Positions 27,302-40,139 of a stretch of 64,000 nucleotides of DNA are shown one piece after another. The position numbers and the translations under genes are program-made. The stretch is taken from NCBI RefSeq assembly GCF_963921235.1, contig NC_086112.1, positions 42,160,001-42,224,000 on the forward strand, read 5' to 3'. Below the pieces are notes generated by a model. That model was not told the origin of the DNA and made no database searches. It worked only from the letters and a program-made list of their open reading frames with translations. Positions within the stretch are counted from its first letter, which is position 1, and each line of letters begins with the position of its first letter. Source of the DNA: Mobula hypostoma (Eukaryota).

Positions 27302-27305
27302 CTTA

Positions 27306-28164
27306 TGTTACGTACCCCGTAACTGGGTTGCCAAACCAGCAGAAATGGATCACTCAGTTGGAGTCTGGAGTACTAGAACTAAGAAAGTTTTATTAAAGAA
27401 ACAAGCAACACAGTAATCGAAAGGATAATAAATGCAACAATTCAACAATGATAACCACACATGTGCACAGAATTAAGATAACAGCATCAATCAAGCTCTA
27501 TCGTTGTCTAGGGGTAAATGACCAATTTCAAAATGACTCAAAGTTCAGTCCAGTTTAGTAGTTCAGTTCGCAGTAATCGTTGTCATGGCGATGGACAAGG
27601 TGGGGAAGAGAGACATAGAATAGGAACAACTGATCATTCAGCACAGCTTCACTCACAGACCAGCGAGATGGCTCACAAACAGCATTTGGGCAGGTCCTTG
27701 GTGATGTCACCTGAGGTCACCGACTGTGACCCCTCCTCCAGATGCGGTCGATCCTCTGCAGTGAACCCGGCACCCAGGCAAGGGCGGACACACACCGGGT
27801 TCCCGCTGATCGTACCTTTCCACCCTTGTCGTTGTCTGGCACTTCTCACCCACTCGTGAGAAGCGCACCGCTTCCAGGGTCTCGTTACCTCGGGTGGCGT
27901 GTGTGTCTGTCTTAGCGAACCTGTCCCTTTTTATCCCCCTGCTGGGGTATCGCCTGTCCATCACTTCAAACAGTTCAGGGTTCAAAGGGGGGAGCCGCTC
28001 CAGACAGCTCTTCCTCCCACATCCCTTCATTACACATCTCCAGACGCTGCTCCATTGTTCCTTACCTCTCCTTCCCCTGAGGGCAGGTGGCAGACCAACT
28101 GCTGATGCCACTGATGCTAGCCCAGGCCAGCAAACATCTTAATTTTATGTGTATTCTCGTAACA
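27306..28164 (-). repeat. 5' LTR (859 bp)
   Basis: Direct repeat of 23281-24139 with about 5 substitutions seen; adjacent to the PBS. Confidence 0.96.
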
Positions 28165-28826
28165 CTAACTTTAGGATGATGTTCTAAACGTATTCACCAG
28201 AGAAAACAGTTGCTTTCTCAGCTGTATCAAACTCTTTATTCACCTTAAACATCTCAATTGTAACTCCACTTATTTCTCATTTTAAAAGAATGATAATCCT
28301 TTCACTTGTCCACTCATTGCCAAATGTATTATTTCCTTTGGCAACCACAACGCTGAGATTCAGCTCATTCTTCATCCAACCCAAACGGTACCATAACCTG
28401 ATCTGAGAGCCTGTGGTTCGATGGTGTCAGGGTAGTCTAATGATGTATCTAAACTGGGAATGCCCTGCAATCAATGACCCTTATGTTTAATATCAATACA
28501 AGGAGATATGAAAAAATATTTGCCAATAAAACCACTTATCATGAAGTGGAAAATAAATCCCAGATCCATTTATGTGGGTATAATGCCAACTGAATTCCTT
28601 GTACATATAAAAGGTTTTGGCTTCATGACCTGTTACACCACAATTATGCCACAGATAAAACATTTCTTACAATACAAACCCCAGTAGCACAAGGGGATTT
28701 TGGTTCACCTTATTGGCAGCAAAATATAAAACAATGTCATACTCAAGTGAAATAGATACAGATATAAATACAGGTATTGCTAATTAAAATGTTCTTCAAC
28801 CCCCAGATAGAAGCTAGTAATGTTTA

Positions 28827-28949
<123 letters not shown>

Positions 28950-29867
28950 TCAAAAGATTATATCCTATAAAGGCTTAAAATTTTCCTCAGTAAGTTATTG
29001 TACCCACTGTTTCAAATGTAGGGTTAATCTACATACACCACATAAGTCCGTTCCCCCCTCACTGAACCCAGAGAAGATTGATTGGGTGAATTCAATAATA
29101 CCCAGTAGCATAAACCTCTGTAGTTATTCTATTGTCAGAAATAGATTCTTGGCAAATTAACAGCGAAATTTTCACAAACTTTCTCTAAATCTGATGTTTT
29201 TCCCCACAAACTTTCTCCAAATTTAATTTTTTCACATACTAATAAGTACAAAATTGTTATCAAACTATTCAACTCCAGGACATTTAGATGTTGAATGAAT
29301 AGAAAATTTCCTGTATTTTTAGTTGGCTTTTTTGACATGAAATCATGAGTCGTCATGAATCAAAATATAATTAGAAACTAGGCAACGTAGTAAAATTCTG
29401 ATTACCATATTGTCAAACACAGAGAACCTAGAATACTGATATAGAATACTCTTCCCTTCATATGACATCAATATCAAATTCTAAGTTTTGATTAATGTGT
29501 AGATTCCATTTGCACTGATTGGCAAATGCAGCTTTTGATTTAAGTCCATTCAACTAAATTAAACTTGCAACATTGATATCAGAACTGAGAAGTAATAATA
29601 AATATCATGAATGACTGAATTTGATTCAATACTTTCCTTCTTAAAAAAAACAAGGGTGATATAATGTAAGTTTTTATACAATAAACTAGGTTGAACAGTT
29701 ACACAGAGAGATGGTGCACTAGACCATGCAGATTTAGCTGGTGGCTCCATAAAAAAAGGTACTTAAGATTTTCCTACATTTCTTGCTCTACTATTTTGAA
29801 AGTAGGTTTAATTTATTTATTTTAGCATGTTAACTAGCCATCTTACCACCACTCCCGTGCTCCCCAG

Positions 29868-31262
29868 AATCAGCTTTAATATCATTGGCATATGTTGCGA
29901 AATTTGTTGTTTTCTGGCAGAGTACATTGCACTACATAATAAAAATATAATATAATAAGTATATAAAAAATAAATTACAGAAAAAAGAGGGGGAAAAAAG
30001 TTACTGAGGTAGTATTCATGGGTTCCTTGTTCATTCAGAAAACCAATGGGAGAGGGGAAGAAGCTGTTCCTGAAACATCGAGCGTGTGTTATCAGGCTCA
30101 TGTACCTCCTCCTTGACGGTAGCAATGAGAAGAGGGCATGTTCTGGATGCCACCTTTTTGAGACAAAGCCTTTTGAAGATGTCCTGGATGCTGGAGAGCC
30201 TAGTGCCTTTGATACAGCTGGCAGAATTTACAACTTTCTGCAGCTTTTTCTGACCCTGTGCAGTGGCCCCTCCATACCAGACATGTCGCGACAAGTTAGA
30301 ATGCTCTCCATGGTACATCTGTAGAAATTTGCAAGTGTCTACAGTGACATACCAAATCTCCTCAAACTCCTAGTGAAATACAGCCATTGCTGTGATTTCT
30401 CTGTAAATGTATCAATATGTTGGGCCCAGGATAGATCCTCAGAGATGCTATCATTAAGGAATTTGAAATTGCTCACTCTTTCCACTTCCGATCCCTCGAT
30501 GGGGACTGGTTTCTTCGACTTCTCCTTCCTGAAGTCCACAACCAATTCCTTACTCGTATAACGTTGAGTGCAATGTTGTGCTGCGAATCCACTCAACCAG
30601 CTGATGTATCTTGCTCCTGCAGGCCTCCTCATCGCCATCTGAAATTCTGTTAACAATAGTTGTGCCGGCGGCAAATTTACTGTATAGATGGTGATTGAAC
30701 TGTGCAGAACCGCACAATTGTGGGTGTAGAGAGAGCAGAGCAGTGAGCTAAGCACACTTCCTTGAAGTGTACCACTTCAGTGACTGTCAGTGATGAGGAG
30801 ATGTTATTCCTGATGCACACTGACTATGGTCTCCCAATGAGGAAGCCAGTTGCAGAGGAAGGTACAAAGGGACAGGCTTTGGAGCTTGTTGATTAGAAAT
30901 GATTGTGTTAAATGCTAAGCTGTAGTCAATAAACAGCAGCCTGACATAGGTATTGCTGTTGTCCAGGTGACACAAGGCCAAGCGGAAAGCCAGTGAGATT
31001 TCATCTGCTGCAGACCTACTGTGGTGATCGGCAAATTGGCGCGGCTCCAGGTCCTTGCTTCAGCAGGAGATGATTCTAGCCATGACTAATCCCTCTAACC
31101 ACTTCATCACCACAGATGTGAGTGCCACTGAACAATAGTCATAGCTACCAATTAAGCACACCCTGCTCTTCTTGGGCACTGGTATGATTGTCATCCTTTT
31201 GAAGCAGGTGGAAACCTCTGACTGTAGCAGTGAGACATTGAAGATGTCCTTGAACACTCCTG
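29868..31262 (-). mobile_element. Rex1/Babar-type LINE fragment
   Basis: GVFKDIFNVSLLQSEVSTCFKR, ELVVDFRK and VERVSNFKFL. Confidence 0.85.
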
Positions 31263-33752
31263 TCCTGGACACTACAAAGTCTTGGTTGCAGTGGGAGGGG
31301 AATGGGCAAGGTTATTCTATTATATAATAGGCAGTGTGGCCTGACATACTTCATGTCAGGTTCAGCTGCTTCACACTAGTCAAAGCACGTCTAATGTAGC
31401 CCTTTTCAACCGGTACATTTAATGTCAGAGAAATGTATACAGTATACATCCTGAAATTCTTTTTCAAGTGAATGGGGTCTCAAAACTTCACAAAATGCAA
31501 ATTAAGTTTATTTAGTATATTTTAATTAATACCATTGTTTTAATTAATTTGCATAATTTTAATGTGGTTTCAAATTATATTTTTTGTTTCTTTATATTGC
31601 TTAATTTTGTAAAAGCTCTATATCGGTCTGGAAATGTCTCTGATCACTAGAGACTTTTAGAAACAATAGAAAAGGCAGAAAGTACAAAAATCGTATCTAA
31701 AATAGTCCGAAACAGTTTTATGAGTGAGAGGAATTTAGTGTTACTAAACAAAATGTACATTTGTACAAGGGAAATTACTGAGAATAAAAGCTGATTAAAC
31801 CCTTGGAGTAGAAGGCTGGCCCGTAATTTTAAAAGAGGGTGCTATGGAGATGATAAATGTTTTAACTGTTGCATTTCCCCATATTTTACGATGGTTCACT
31901 GTGGATTGTAAAATTTGAAATGTGAAAGAAATGTTCAAGAAAGGAGAGAGAGAAAAAACAGGCAAAATTCTTGAACTTGTTATTAGGATTCTTGCATCAG
32001 GACACAAAATAATAACAATTTGGTTAAAGAAAAAATTTGACAAACTATTACAAATATCTTTAACTAGCCATATAGATAACGATACAGTGCATTTCCTCTT
32101 TCAGAAAACACTTAATAATGTGACACATCAGAGATTGTTATGCAAGATTAAAGTATTTTGGATAGGAGATAATATACTAGCATATTCTAAGGATAGGTTA
32201 ACAAAACAAATAAATTTAGGAATAAATAGTTCACTTTTGTGTTAGCAAAACTGCTGTAAATAACAATACATAAACTTTAGCTGATTACATTCTGTGTCAT
32301 ACAAACTGAAGGTCTTCTCACTGATACATAAGCAATTCGTAGGTTTGGAAGGGCAAATAGTCTGAAGCCAATTTCCCTAGTTCTAAGCTCTGGAACTGGG
32401 TTGTTGAGTTTCAAAATTAACAAAATATTTATTTATTTCCAAAAAGAAATGAATTCTACTGTCTTATCATTGTCTGGAGTTATTCAAACCTAGGGCAATA
32501 AGCTTAATGTCGTGAGGTTCATGTTTCATGAATAAAAAAGTATTCAGGGATTGAGTAGGCAGGAAGGTCACATTTGATCCATGTTTTATAAAGAGATGAA
32601 CTGATGTGCCTGTTAGCCTATTTTTGAAAATGCAGAAAAGTCATTGGAAATAATTATCAGAATCAGCATGTACTGCATTTGATAAAATGTGAAACCTAAA
32701 TTTTAAAGAGTAACTTACGGAATGCTGGAAACACTGGCTGGGGATTTCCTCGGAGCTGGTCCCTCTCCGCCGTACTTCTGGAGAAGTTACGGCGGCCTGT
32801 TTGCACGAAAACACTGGCTGGGTTTAGGAGTAAAGGGAAAATGAGTTATGGATGGGAGACTTAAATTTGGTTTTAGGTTGTAATGTATTTAATGATTCTA
32901 GGTGAACAGGTTAGTTACTAATTAAGCATCTTCAGTTACTTTTACTGGAATTTATCTAACATTTAAACATTAGGGTGAATAGATTTAGAGATGTAAATGT
33001 ATTCTAAAGTCTCATGACAATGATTTTAGTTATTTAGTTTAGTAATCCTTAGGACTCACTTGAAAGTATTTTATACAAATGGAACAAGAATAGAAAAAAA
33101 ACAAGTGATATAATGAAAACAAGGTCAAGACAAACAAAATGGAATGAAGTCTAAAATGTTCAAAATAGTAAACTGTTCAATGTCTGCTAAGGTGTTCAGA
33201 AGGTTTCAAAAGGTTCTGCAAAAATCATATGATAGAGCTCCATCTTTGTCACAAAAATAAAAAGTCACTTGAGTCTCTTTTATGGAGCAGTCATTTATGA
33301 AAGTTTTATTTCACCATATACCTGCGGATAACATGGAGTTCACGTCCTACAATGACCTCCAGTTTTTTAGATGTCCACTTACAGGCCTATCCAAAAGCAT
33401 CAAAGAGGCTTCTGACATTCCCCTTCCCAAGTTTTCTTTTCCTATCTTAAAGTGCCCCGGTCCTGCACAGCCCATTCTATCTTTGCCCAAAATCCACAGG
33501 CAGAACTGCTTTGGTAGATCCATTGTTCCAGCCTGCTCTTGCCCCACCAGACTTATGTCTTCCTACCTTGACACTGGTGCTCTTTTGTCCAGTCCTTTCA
33601 CATTAATATCCATAACTCTTTTGATGGTCTCTGTCTCTTTGAACATTTGCATTTGCTTGATCCCAGCAGAATTATCTCTACCATGACTGTACAAACCCTT
33701 TACGTATCCATCCTAAATCTTGATGGTTTGAGGGTTCCTCACATCTCACTTT

Positions 33753-34188
33753 AAACACAGGAACACAGAAAAACTACAGCACAATACAGGCCCTTCGGCC
33801 CACAAAGCTGTGCCAAACATGTACTTATTTTAGAAATTACCTCAGGTTACCCATAGTGCTCCATTTTTCTAAGCTCCATGTACCTGTCCAGGAGTCTCTT
33901 AAAAGATCCTATTGTATCCATTTCCACCACAGTCGCCAGCATCCCATTTCACGCACTCACCAATCTGCATAAAAAACTTAACCCTGACATCCCCTCTGTA
34001 CCTACTTCCAAGCACCTTAAAACCATGCCCTCTTGTGTTAGCCATTTCAGCCCTGAGAAAAAGTCTCTGACTATCCACACAATCAATGCCTCTCATCATC
34101 TTATACACCTCTATCTGGTCACCTCTCATCCTCCGTCGCTCCAAGGAGAAAAGGCCAAGATCACTCAACCTATTCTCATAAGGCATGA
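33753..34188 (-). mobile_element. CR1 LINE 3' end nested in an older PLE
   Basis: YENRLSDLGLFSLERRRMRGD...TRGH. Confidence 0.88.
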
Positions 34189-34596
34189 TTTAGCAGAGAT
34201 CCAACCAGTTCCATTCTATCAGCACATCCATTTGCCTGGCTGGATATGTTCTCCTATTGAATAATCTCTCTTACAACTCCACTCACTTTCTCCAGGCCAT
34301 AGGTGTAGTAGCAATGGGCACTCGTATGGGACCAGGCCATACCAATAATTTTGTGGAGTATGTGAAATGGTCTTTGTTTCAATTCTACCCAGGCCCACTC
34401 CTTCAACTGTTTTTCTTGTACATACATGTCTATACTGATGCTGCAACTGAACATGTAGAACTCGACAATTTTATTACTTTAGATATTAGCTTCATCCCTA
34501 CTCTTGCCTTCACATGATCTATCTCTGATTCTTCTCTACATTCTCTAGATGTCTCTGTTTCCATCTCAGGAGCGAGGCTAGCTACAAGTATCCATT

Positions 34597-35927
34597 ACAT
34601 AAGACCATACGGTATAGGAGCAGACTTAGGCCATTTTGACCCATCAAGCCTGCTCCGCCATTTCATCATGGCTGATCCATTTTACCTCTCAGCCCCAATC
34701 TCTTGCTTTTTCCCCATATCCCTTCATGCTCTGACTAATCAAGAGTCTACCAACCTCTGCCTTAAATGTACATAAAGACTGAGCCTCCACAGTTGCCTGT
34801 GGCAAAGAATTCCACAGATTCACCACGCTATGGCTAAGGAAATTCTTCCTCATCTCAGTTCTAAAAGGATACCCCGCTTTTCTGAGGCTGCGTCCTCAGG
34901 TCTTAGACTCTACTACCACAGGAAACATTCTCTCCATATCTACTCTATCAAAACCTTTCACCATTCTATAGGTTTCAATGAGGTCAGCCCTCATCCTTCT
35001 GAATTCTAGTAAATACAGACCCAGAGCCATCATACGCTCTTCATATGACAAGCCATTCAATCCTAGAATCATTTTCGTGAACCTCCTTTGTACCCTCTCC
35101 AGTTTCAGCACATCCTTTCTAAGACAAGGGGCCCAAACCTGCTCACAATACACAAGTAAGGCCTCACCAGTGCCTTATAAAGTTTCAGCATTACCTCCTT
35201 GCTTTTTTAATTCTAGTCATCTTGAAATGAATGCTAATATCACATTTGCCTTCCTCATCACAGACTCAATTTGCAAATTAATCTTTAGAGAGTCCTGCAC
35301 AAGGACTCCCAAGTTTGTATCTCCTCTCCATTTGGAAAATCAGCCCTTTCATTTCTTCTACCAAAGTGCAAGACTATACACTTCCTGTCACTGTATTCCA
35401 TCTGCCATTTCTTTGCCCTTTCTCCTACGCTGTCTAAGTCCTTCTGTAGTCTCTCTATTTCTTCAAAACTGCCTGCCCCCACTTATCTTCATATCATCTG
35501 CAAACTTTGCAACAAAGCCACCAATTCCATCATCCAAATCACTGACAGACAGAATCATTCCCAACACAGACCCCTGTGGAACACCACTAGTCACAGACAG
35601 CCAGCCAGAAAGGCTCACTTTATTCCCACTCTTTGCCTCCTGTCAATCAGCCACTGCTTTTTACATGCTAGAATTCTTTCCTGTAATACCATGGGCTCAT
35701 AGTTTGTTAAGTAGTCTCATATGTGATACCTTGTCAAAGGCCTTCTGAAAATCCAGGTGTACAACATCAACCAATTCTCCTTTGTCTATCTTGCTTGTAA
35801 TTTCTTCAAAGAATTCCAACAGATTTGTCAGGCAAGCTTTTCCCTTAAGGAAACCATGCTGATTACAGCCTATTTTATCATGTGCCTCCAAGTGCCCTGG
35901 CACCTCATCCTTAATAATCGACTTCAA
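34597..35927 (-). mobile_element. CR1 LINE 3' half nested in an older PLE
   Basis: QHGFLKGKACLTNLLEFFEE, DFQKAFDKV and LERVQRRFTKMI. Confidence 0.88.
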
Positions 35928-38267
35928 TCCTACTAAGTCCCAAAGCTATTATTTTTCTTTCCACCCAGCCTCCTGTAAGGACTCTATTCTTTTCTTCCAA
36001 TTTCTCTGTCTCCATTTGTATTTGTTTCAAAGATTAAAATTTCCATACATCTGCCTCTGAAATGTGTTCCTTCTCCCTGACCATTGCTTTCCCTCTACCA
36101 TTGTGAACAAAGCTCCTGTGGGTATCTCATCCATCTCCTGCAACTCTTCTGTCAGCCTGACTCCATTGGTTAAGAATAAGGATATATTTTCTTGGTCCTC
36201 ACCCTCACCAGCCTCTGCATTCAATAGAATGCTCTCCTCAATTCCTGCCACCTTCAGAGAATTACAGTTATATTACTGAGTGATTTTTGTGTGATTTTCT
36301 CACTTATGGACCAAATCGACTGATGTGTGAAAATGGAAGGCCTGTATTGCTTTCCGTGCTCACAGAGTGGTTTCTTCTACGCTGGAGATTTGGTGACCAC
36401 TTTGCAGTATACCTGTGTTCAATCCACAGGGACGACTTTTCAGAGTTCAAAGTAAAATTTATTATCAGAGTACATACACGTCACCACACACAACCCTGAG
36501 ATTCTTTTTCAGCGGGCGTACTCAGCAAAAGCTATAGAACAGTAATTATAAACAGAATCACATTTCCTGTTTACTCTCATCCCACTTCCACCCTGAAATA
36601 TCAGTCTGTGGCCTCCTGTAGCACAACAGCGAAACTCAACACAAGCTCGAGGCACAGCAGCTCATCTTCTGTCTGAGCACTTTGCAATCAACATTGAATT
36701 TTACAATTTCAGGTAACCTGTCGTAAATTGTCCATCTGACATTGGCAAGGCAATATCTGTCTCTGAAAGTGGAGGACACAGTGGCCTGACATTAACCAGC
36801 TCTACATTTTGCAGGTTCTACATTTTTCACTAGGTTCCTTTGCCTATGCCCTCACTCCCTAACCACTCCCATTCGTGCTGATTTGATAACCTTGTTTACA
36901 GTTAATCCCCATGCTTACCATGACTTTACCCCATCAGAGACACCCCCGCCCCAACTGCAGTACCCTCCCTCCAGCCTTGCAAGCTTCTCTTTGCTCCTTC
37001 CCAGTTCTGACAAAACTTTAACGCTGTTTTATTTCCCACATATACAGCCTGACCTGCTGAGTATTTCCAGTGTTTTCTACTTTTACTTTGGATTTCCATC
37101 ATCTGCAGTTTTGTTTTGTTTCCCACTTTCTCCTCTGTTCAACAGTTGCTTATCTAGGAAAGGAAGTGACCAATCTGAATCCATTTTCACTGGATTTATG
37201 TTCAAGGTAAGATCAGCATTTACTGCCCATCTCTAACTGCACTTGAGAAGGTGAGTCCACTTACTGAACCACCGCAGTCCTTCTGATGAAAGTACACCCC
37301 CTTCCCCTCCCTGTGGAGTACGGATTCTAGAATTTAGACCCAACAATCATGAAGGAACAGCAATCTTACTTCTTTGTCAACATGCAACACGGAGGGAAAC
37401 CTGCAAGTATTAGCATCATCGTACACTCACTGCCCTTGCTGTTCCTCGTGGTGGAGATACTGAGCTTGGGATATTCCTCTGGAGTAGCCTAGGTAACTAC
37501 AGTGCAGTTTGCTACAGTTACACTCTAAACACTGAGCGCCAGTAGTGAAGGAAATTAATATTTAGAGCAGTGGGTGGTAATTAGACTTATGGGTTAATAA
37601 TGGTAGTCCACAATGGTGGCAAGTAAGTGTTATTAACAGAGAAAGCTAAACTGAGGTAAAACATCTATTGCACAACTGAGAAATGCCTACAAAGCAAAAT
37701 GAAGTTAAGATAAGGTTACTTAAGGCTGACTGCTTTCCCCATGCAGCTCTGCGTAGTGTGAGTAGAAACAAATCAATTGATTCCAAAAATAAGTGATAGT
37801 AGAACAAGATGGTATTAAATGCCCAATCAATCATGTAATATAAAATGGGACATTGTAATAAAAATCTCACATATCTTTACAAGGTTCATCAATGAGCACC
37901 TTATCATTAGAAACTGTGTGAGCTGCTTTTCTGCAGTACTCTAAAATGCCAAACTGTTCAATCAAAATTACCCAACAAACTGAGCATTTAAATCAACTTA
38001 GAAAGATTTAGGCTCAAATACAAATGAACTAAAGATCATCTGCAGACCATAGGAAACATAATCATTTGTTTATAAATTTCTTCACTACAAAACATATTTG
38101 CAGTTCCATTTCAAAGAACATTTCAATGGATTTATGATTCAATTTTATATTGTACTTATCCATCGTTTTCTCATCATTTCTAATAAAGATGTTAACCACA
38201 TACTTCATAGTGGGTGTAAGAGCTCTCAGGCATCACAACAAGCCTGCACTCTAATTTATTTGTAATA

Positions 38268-39354
38268 CAGTGTATTCCAGTTAATTGAGCCATAGATTAA
38301 TAAGGGCAGCTGCTTATTTTGGACAACTCTTAAAGCACAAAAGCTAATCAAGAAAATTGCCAGGATTCCATTCATTTATTTTGGACACTATGACGCTTAA
38401 TTGGGGCAGGAGACTTGCTGAACAAGTTCTAGCTTGTGTCAGTTGCGTGCACTCCTGTGGCAGTTAGAGGATACACCGTGCTTAGAGTGAACAGAATTTA
38501 GATAGCATAATTTGCATGTGTTTGTGTTCAAACTTGAGTTATCTTTTTTACTGATAGTTGGTGAGAAATAAGTAGAAGGGCAATTCAGAACTGTCTTGCT
38601 CACTGTGTTTTCAAGCACTGAGGCATGGAGATGCCAGAAATGGCCAGGAGTGAAAACGAACCAATTTCACTACTTCAACAAGTTAGGAACTACGAAGACT
38701 TTCAAGGTATTGACAATCATCTTGAATGTTACCTTTTGTCCCCACTGGACACTTAGCTCTTACCTGTCGCTCCAAGTAGCTGTTTGCATATGATGGTGGC
38801 CACACCGCGGTTCGCTGCATCGACAGGCAGGCTAAAACCAGGAGAGGGTTGCTAGGGGTCTCATACCTCAGTAGGATAGGGACATGCCTGTCGCAGCACG
38901 CAAAGTCGGCTCCAGCAGACTGCGTGGGTGAGATCTACAGTGAGATCCAACAGCCAGGAAGTCAGTTCTGCAATGTTCCATGGAGAACAAAGTGCATGAC
39001 GAGGTACAGAAGCAGCCAGGGTCATCCACTGTAACCAGGGAAGACCCCAGTTGTGAATCTACTCATACCAGTGGACCCGAACATCTGAGGTTAAGAGTGG
39101 AACTGCCCCAGTGCAATGACTTTAAAAACTCTCCTGCACAGGTTTCCTGTCATCGTCAACCAGCGGTAGTATTCGAAGTGTTCTAATTTGTTCTGTATTT
39201 CATTCAAATGCATAATTTGTTACCCAATTAAACAGTAGATTGTCTTCTTATATCTTTCTAACTATTTCTATGAGATTTTGGATAATTGGGGCAGCCGCTT
39301 AATTGGGCCAAAATGTAGACGTTTCTATGTGTCCCAGTTAACCGGAATTCACTG
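38268..39354 (+). mobile_element. Second copy of the pogo/Tigger-like element, with an internal foreign segment
   Basis: TA|CAGTGTATTCCAGTTAAT...TTAACCGGAATTCACTG|TA; colinear with 12384-13174 apart from about 38731-39165. Confidence 0.87.
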
Positions 39355-39774
39355 TAATTGTATTTACATGCTATATAAATTAAAGTTTACTCCAGCCTAA
39401 CCTTTAGCTACTAACTTGGTTCCGCCATGAGAACCAAAGTTAGCCAAGTCCTTTGGAGTGCGAGGAACACCATGAACCATATCGATAATGGAGTCAGTGC
39501 ATGCAACAATGACATCTACTGAAGTATGCAGAGCAAGCATATCGAGACATCAGTTCATCTGGAACACTCTGAATGAGTGTAAAACCAGAATTTAGTGCTC
39601 CTTCTCTTAACCCGCACACAACTGAGCATTTACTCAACAACAGGAAGGTCCCTTGCTGGAGCTATTTCACAGGATCAGCAACTACCTTCATGTTACTTGC
39701 GGGTTACTTTCTATTGGCTCCTACTGCAAGGGTTTTGTAATTTCTGGGCTAAGTTAAAATTCCTACAGCCCACT

Positions 39775-40090
39775 GGGGCAGCCTGGTGATACAACAATTG
39801 GTCCTGCTGTCTCATAGCTCCAAGGACCAGGCTCGATCTTGATGTTAGGTGCAATAATCCCGTGACTATGAGGATTTTTATCAAGTGCCCAGCTCCACGG
39901 TCCCAAAGATATGCTGGTAGTTTAAGTAGCTTCTATAAATTCCATCTTAGTACAGGTAAGTGATAGTAAAATCAAAGGGTAATTGTTGGGGATGTTAGAG
40001 AGAACTTAATGCGATGGAATGGGATGTCAGAGATTGCATTGTTCAGAGCTACGATCGCTCCACTGGGCTGAATAGTTTCCTTCTATGTGG
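39775..40090 (+). mobile_element. Degenerate tRNA-derived SINE (V-SINE/HE1-like)
   Basis: tRNA-like head (ctgctgtctcatagctcc...ggctcgatc), central tcccaaagat, CR1-like tail gggctgaatag. Confidence 0.55.
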
Positions 40091-40139
40091 ACAAAACCCA
40101 TGAAAATTATCGTGAACCTCATTTGAGGTAAAAATAGCT

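Larger units (their letters stand above)
23281..28164 (-). mobile_element. Gmr1-like Ty3/Gypsy LTR retrotransposon, non-autonomous, 4,884 bp, intronic in FRMD3
   Basis: Two 859-bp LTRs (TGTTAC...GTAACA), 4-bp TSD CTAA (23277-23280 and 28165-28168), PBS, PPT, one ORF with PR-IN-RT domain order and a SCAN-type capsid. Confidence 0.95.
33300..37115 (+). mobile_element. Older degenerate PLE interrupted by two CR1s and a Rex1 tail (about 36443-36560)
   Basis: LPKIHRQNCFGRSIVPACSCPT, HFLQ..VAMGTRMGP, GIY-YIG-like nucleotide remnant at about 36350-36710, and PLE tail gacctgctgagtatttccag. Confidence 0.8.

Noticed and set aside
27206-27305. Splicing of the FRMD3 exon at 28828 into gag to make a FERM-SCAN fusion
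   Set aside because: The sequence before the gag ATG is purine-rich on the sense strand, with no polypyrimidine tract or convincing acceptor.
27707-28111. 134-aa ORF within the LTR (also 23682-24086, and a 117-aa ORF in the solo LTR) as an LTR-encoded accessory protein
   Set aside because: The duplicate simply reflects LTR identity. Between subfamilies the homologous DNA is read in shifting frames (ETLEA versus RPWKS), so there is no protein-level conservation.
23281-28164. Endogenous retrovirus or domesticated Gag gene
   Set aside because: There is no env, and the domain order is Gmr1-like Gypsy. Near-identical LTRs with a TSD indicate a recent insertion rather than an old domesticated locus.
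32740-32810. HDV-like ribozyme suggested by TTCCTCG
   Set aside because: The required P1/P2/P3 pairings could not be built around the motif.
34978-35748. 256-aa plus-strand ORF
   Set aside because: It is the antisense of a CR1 RT fragment.
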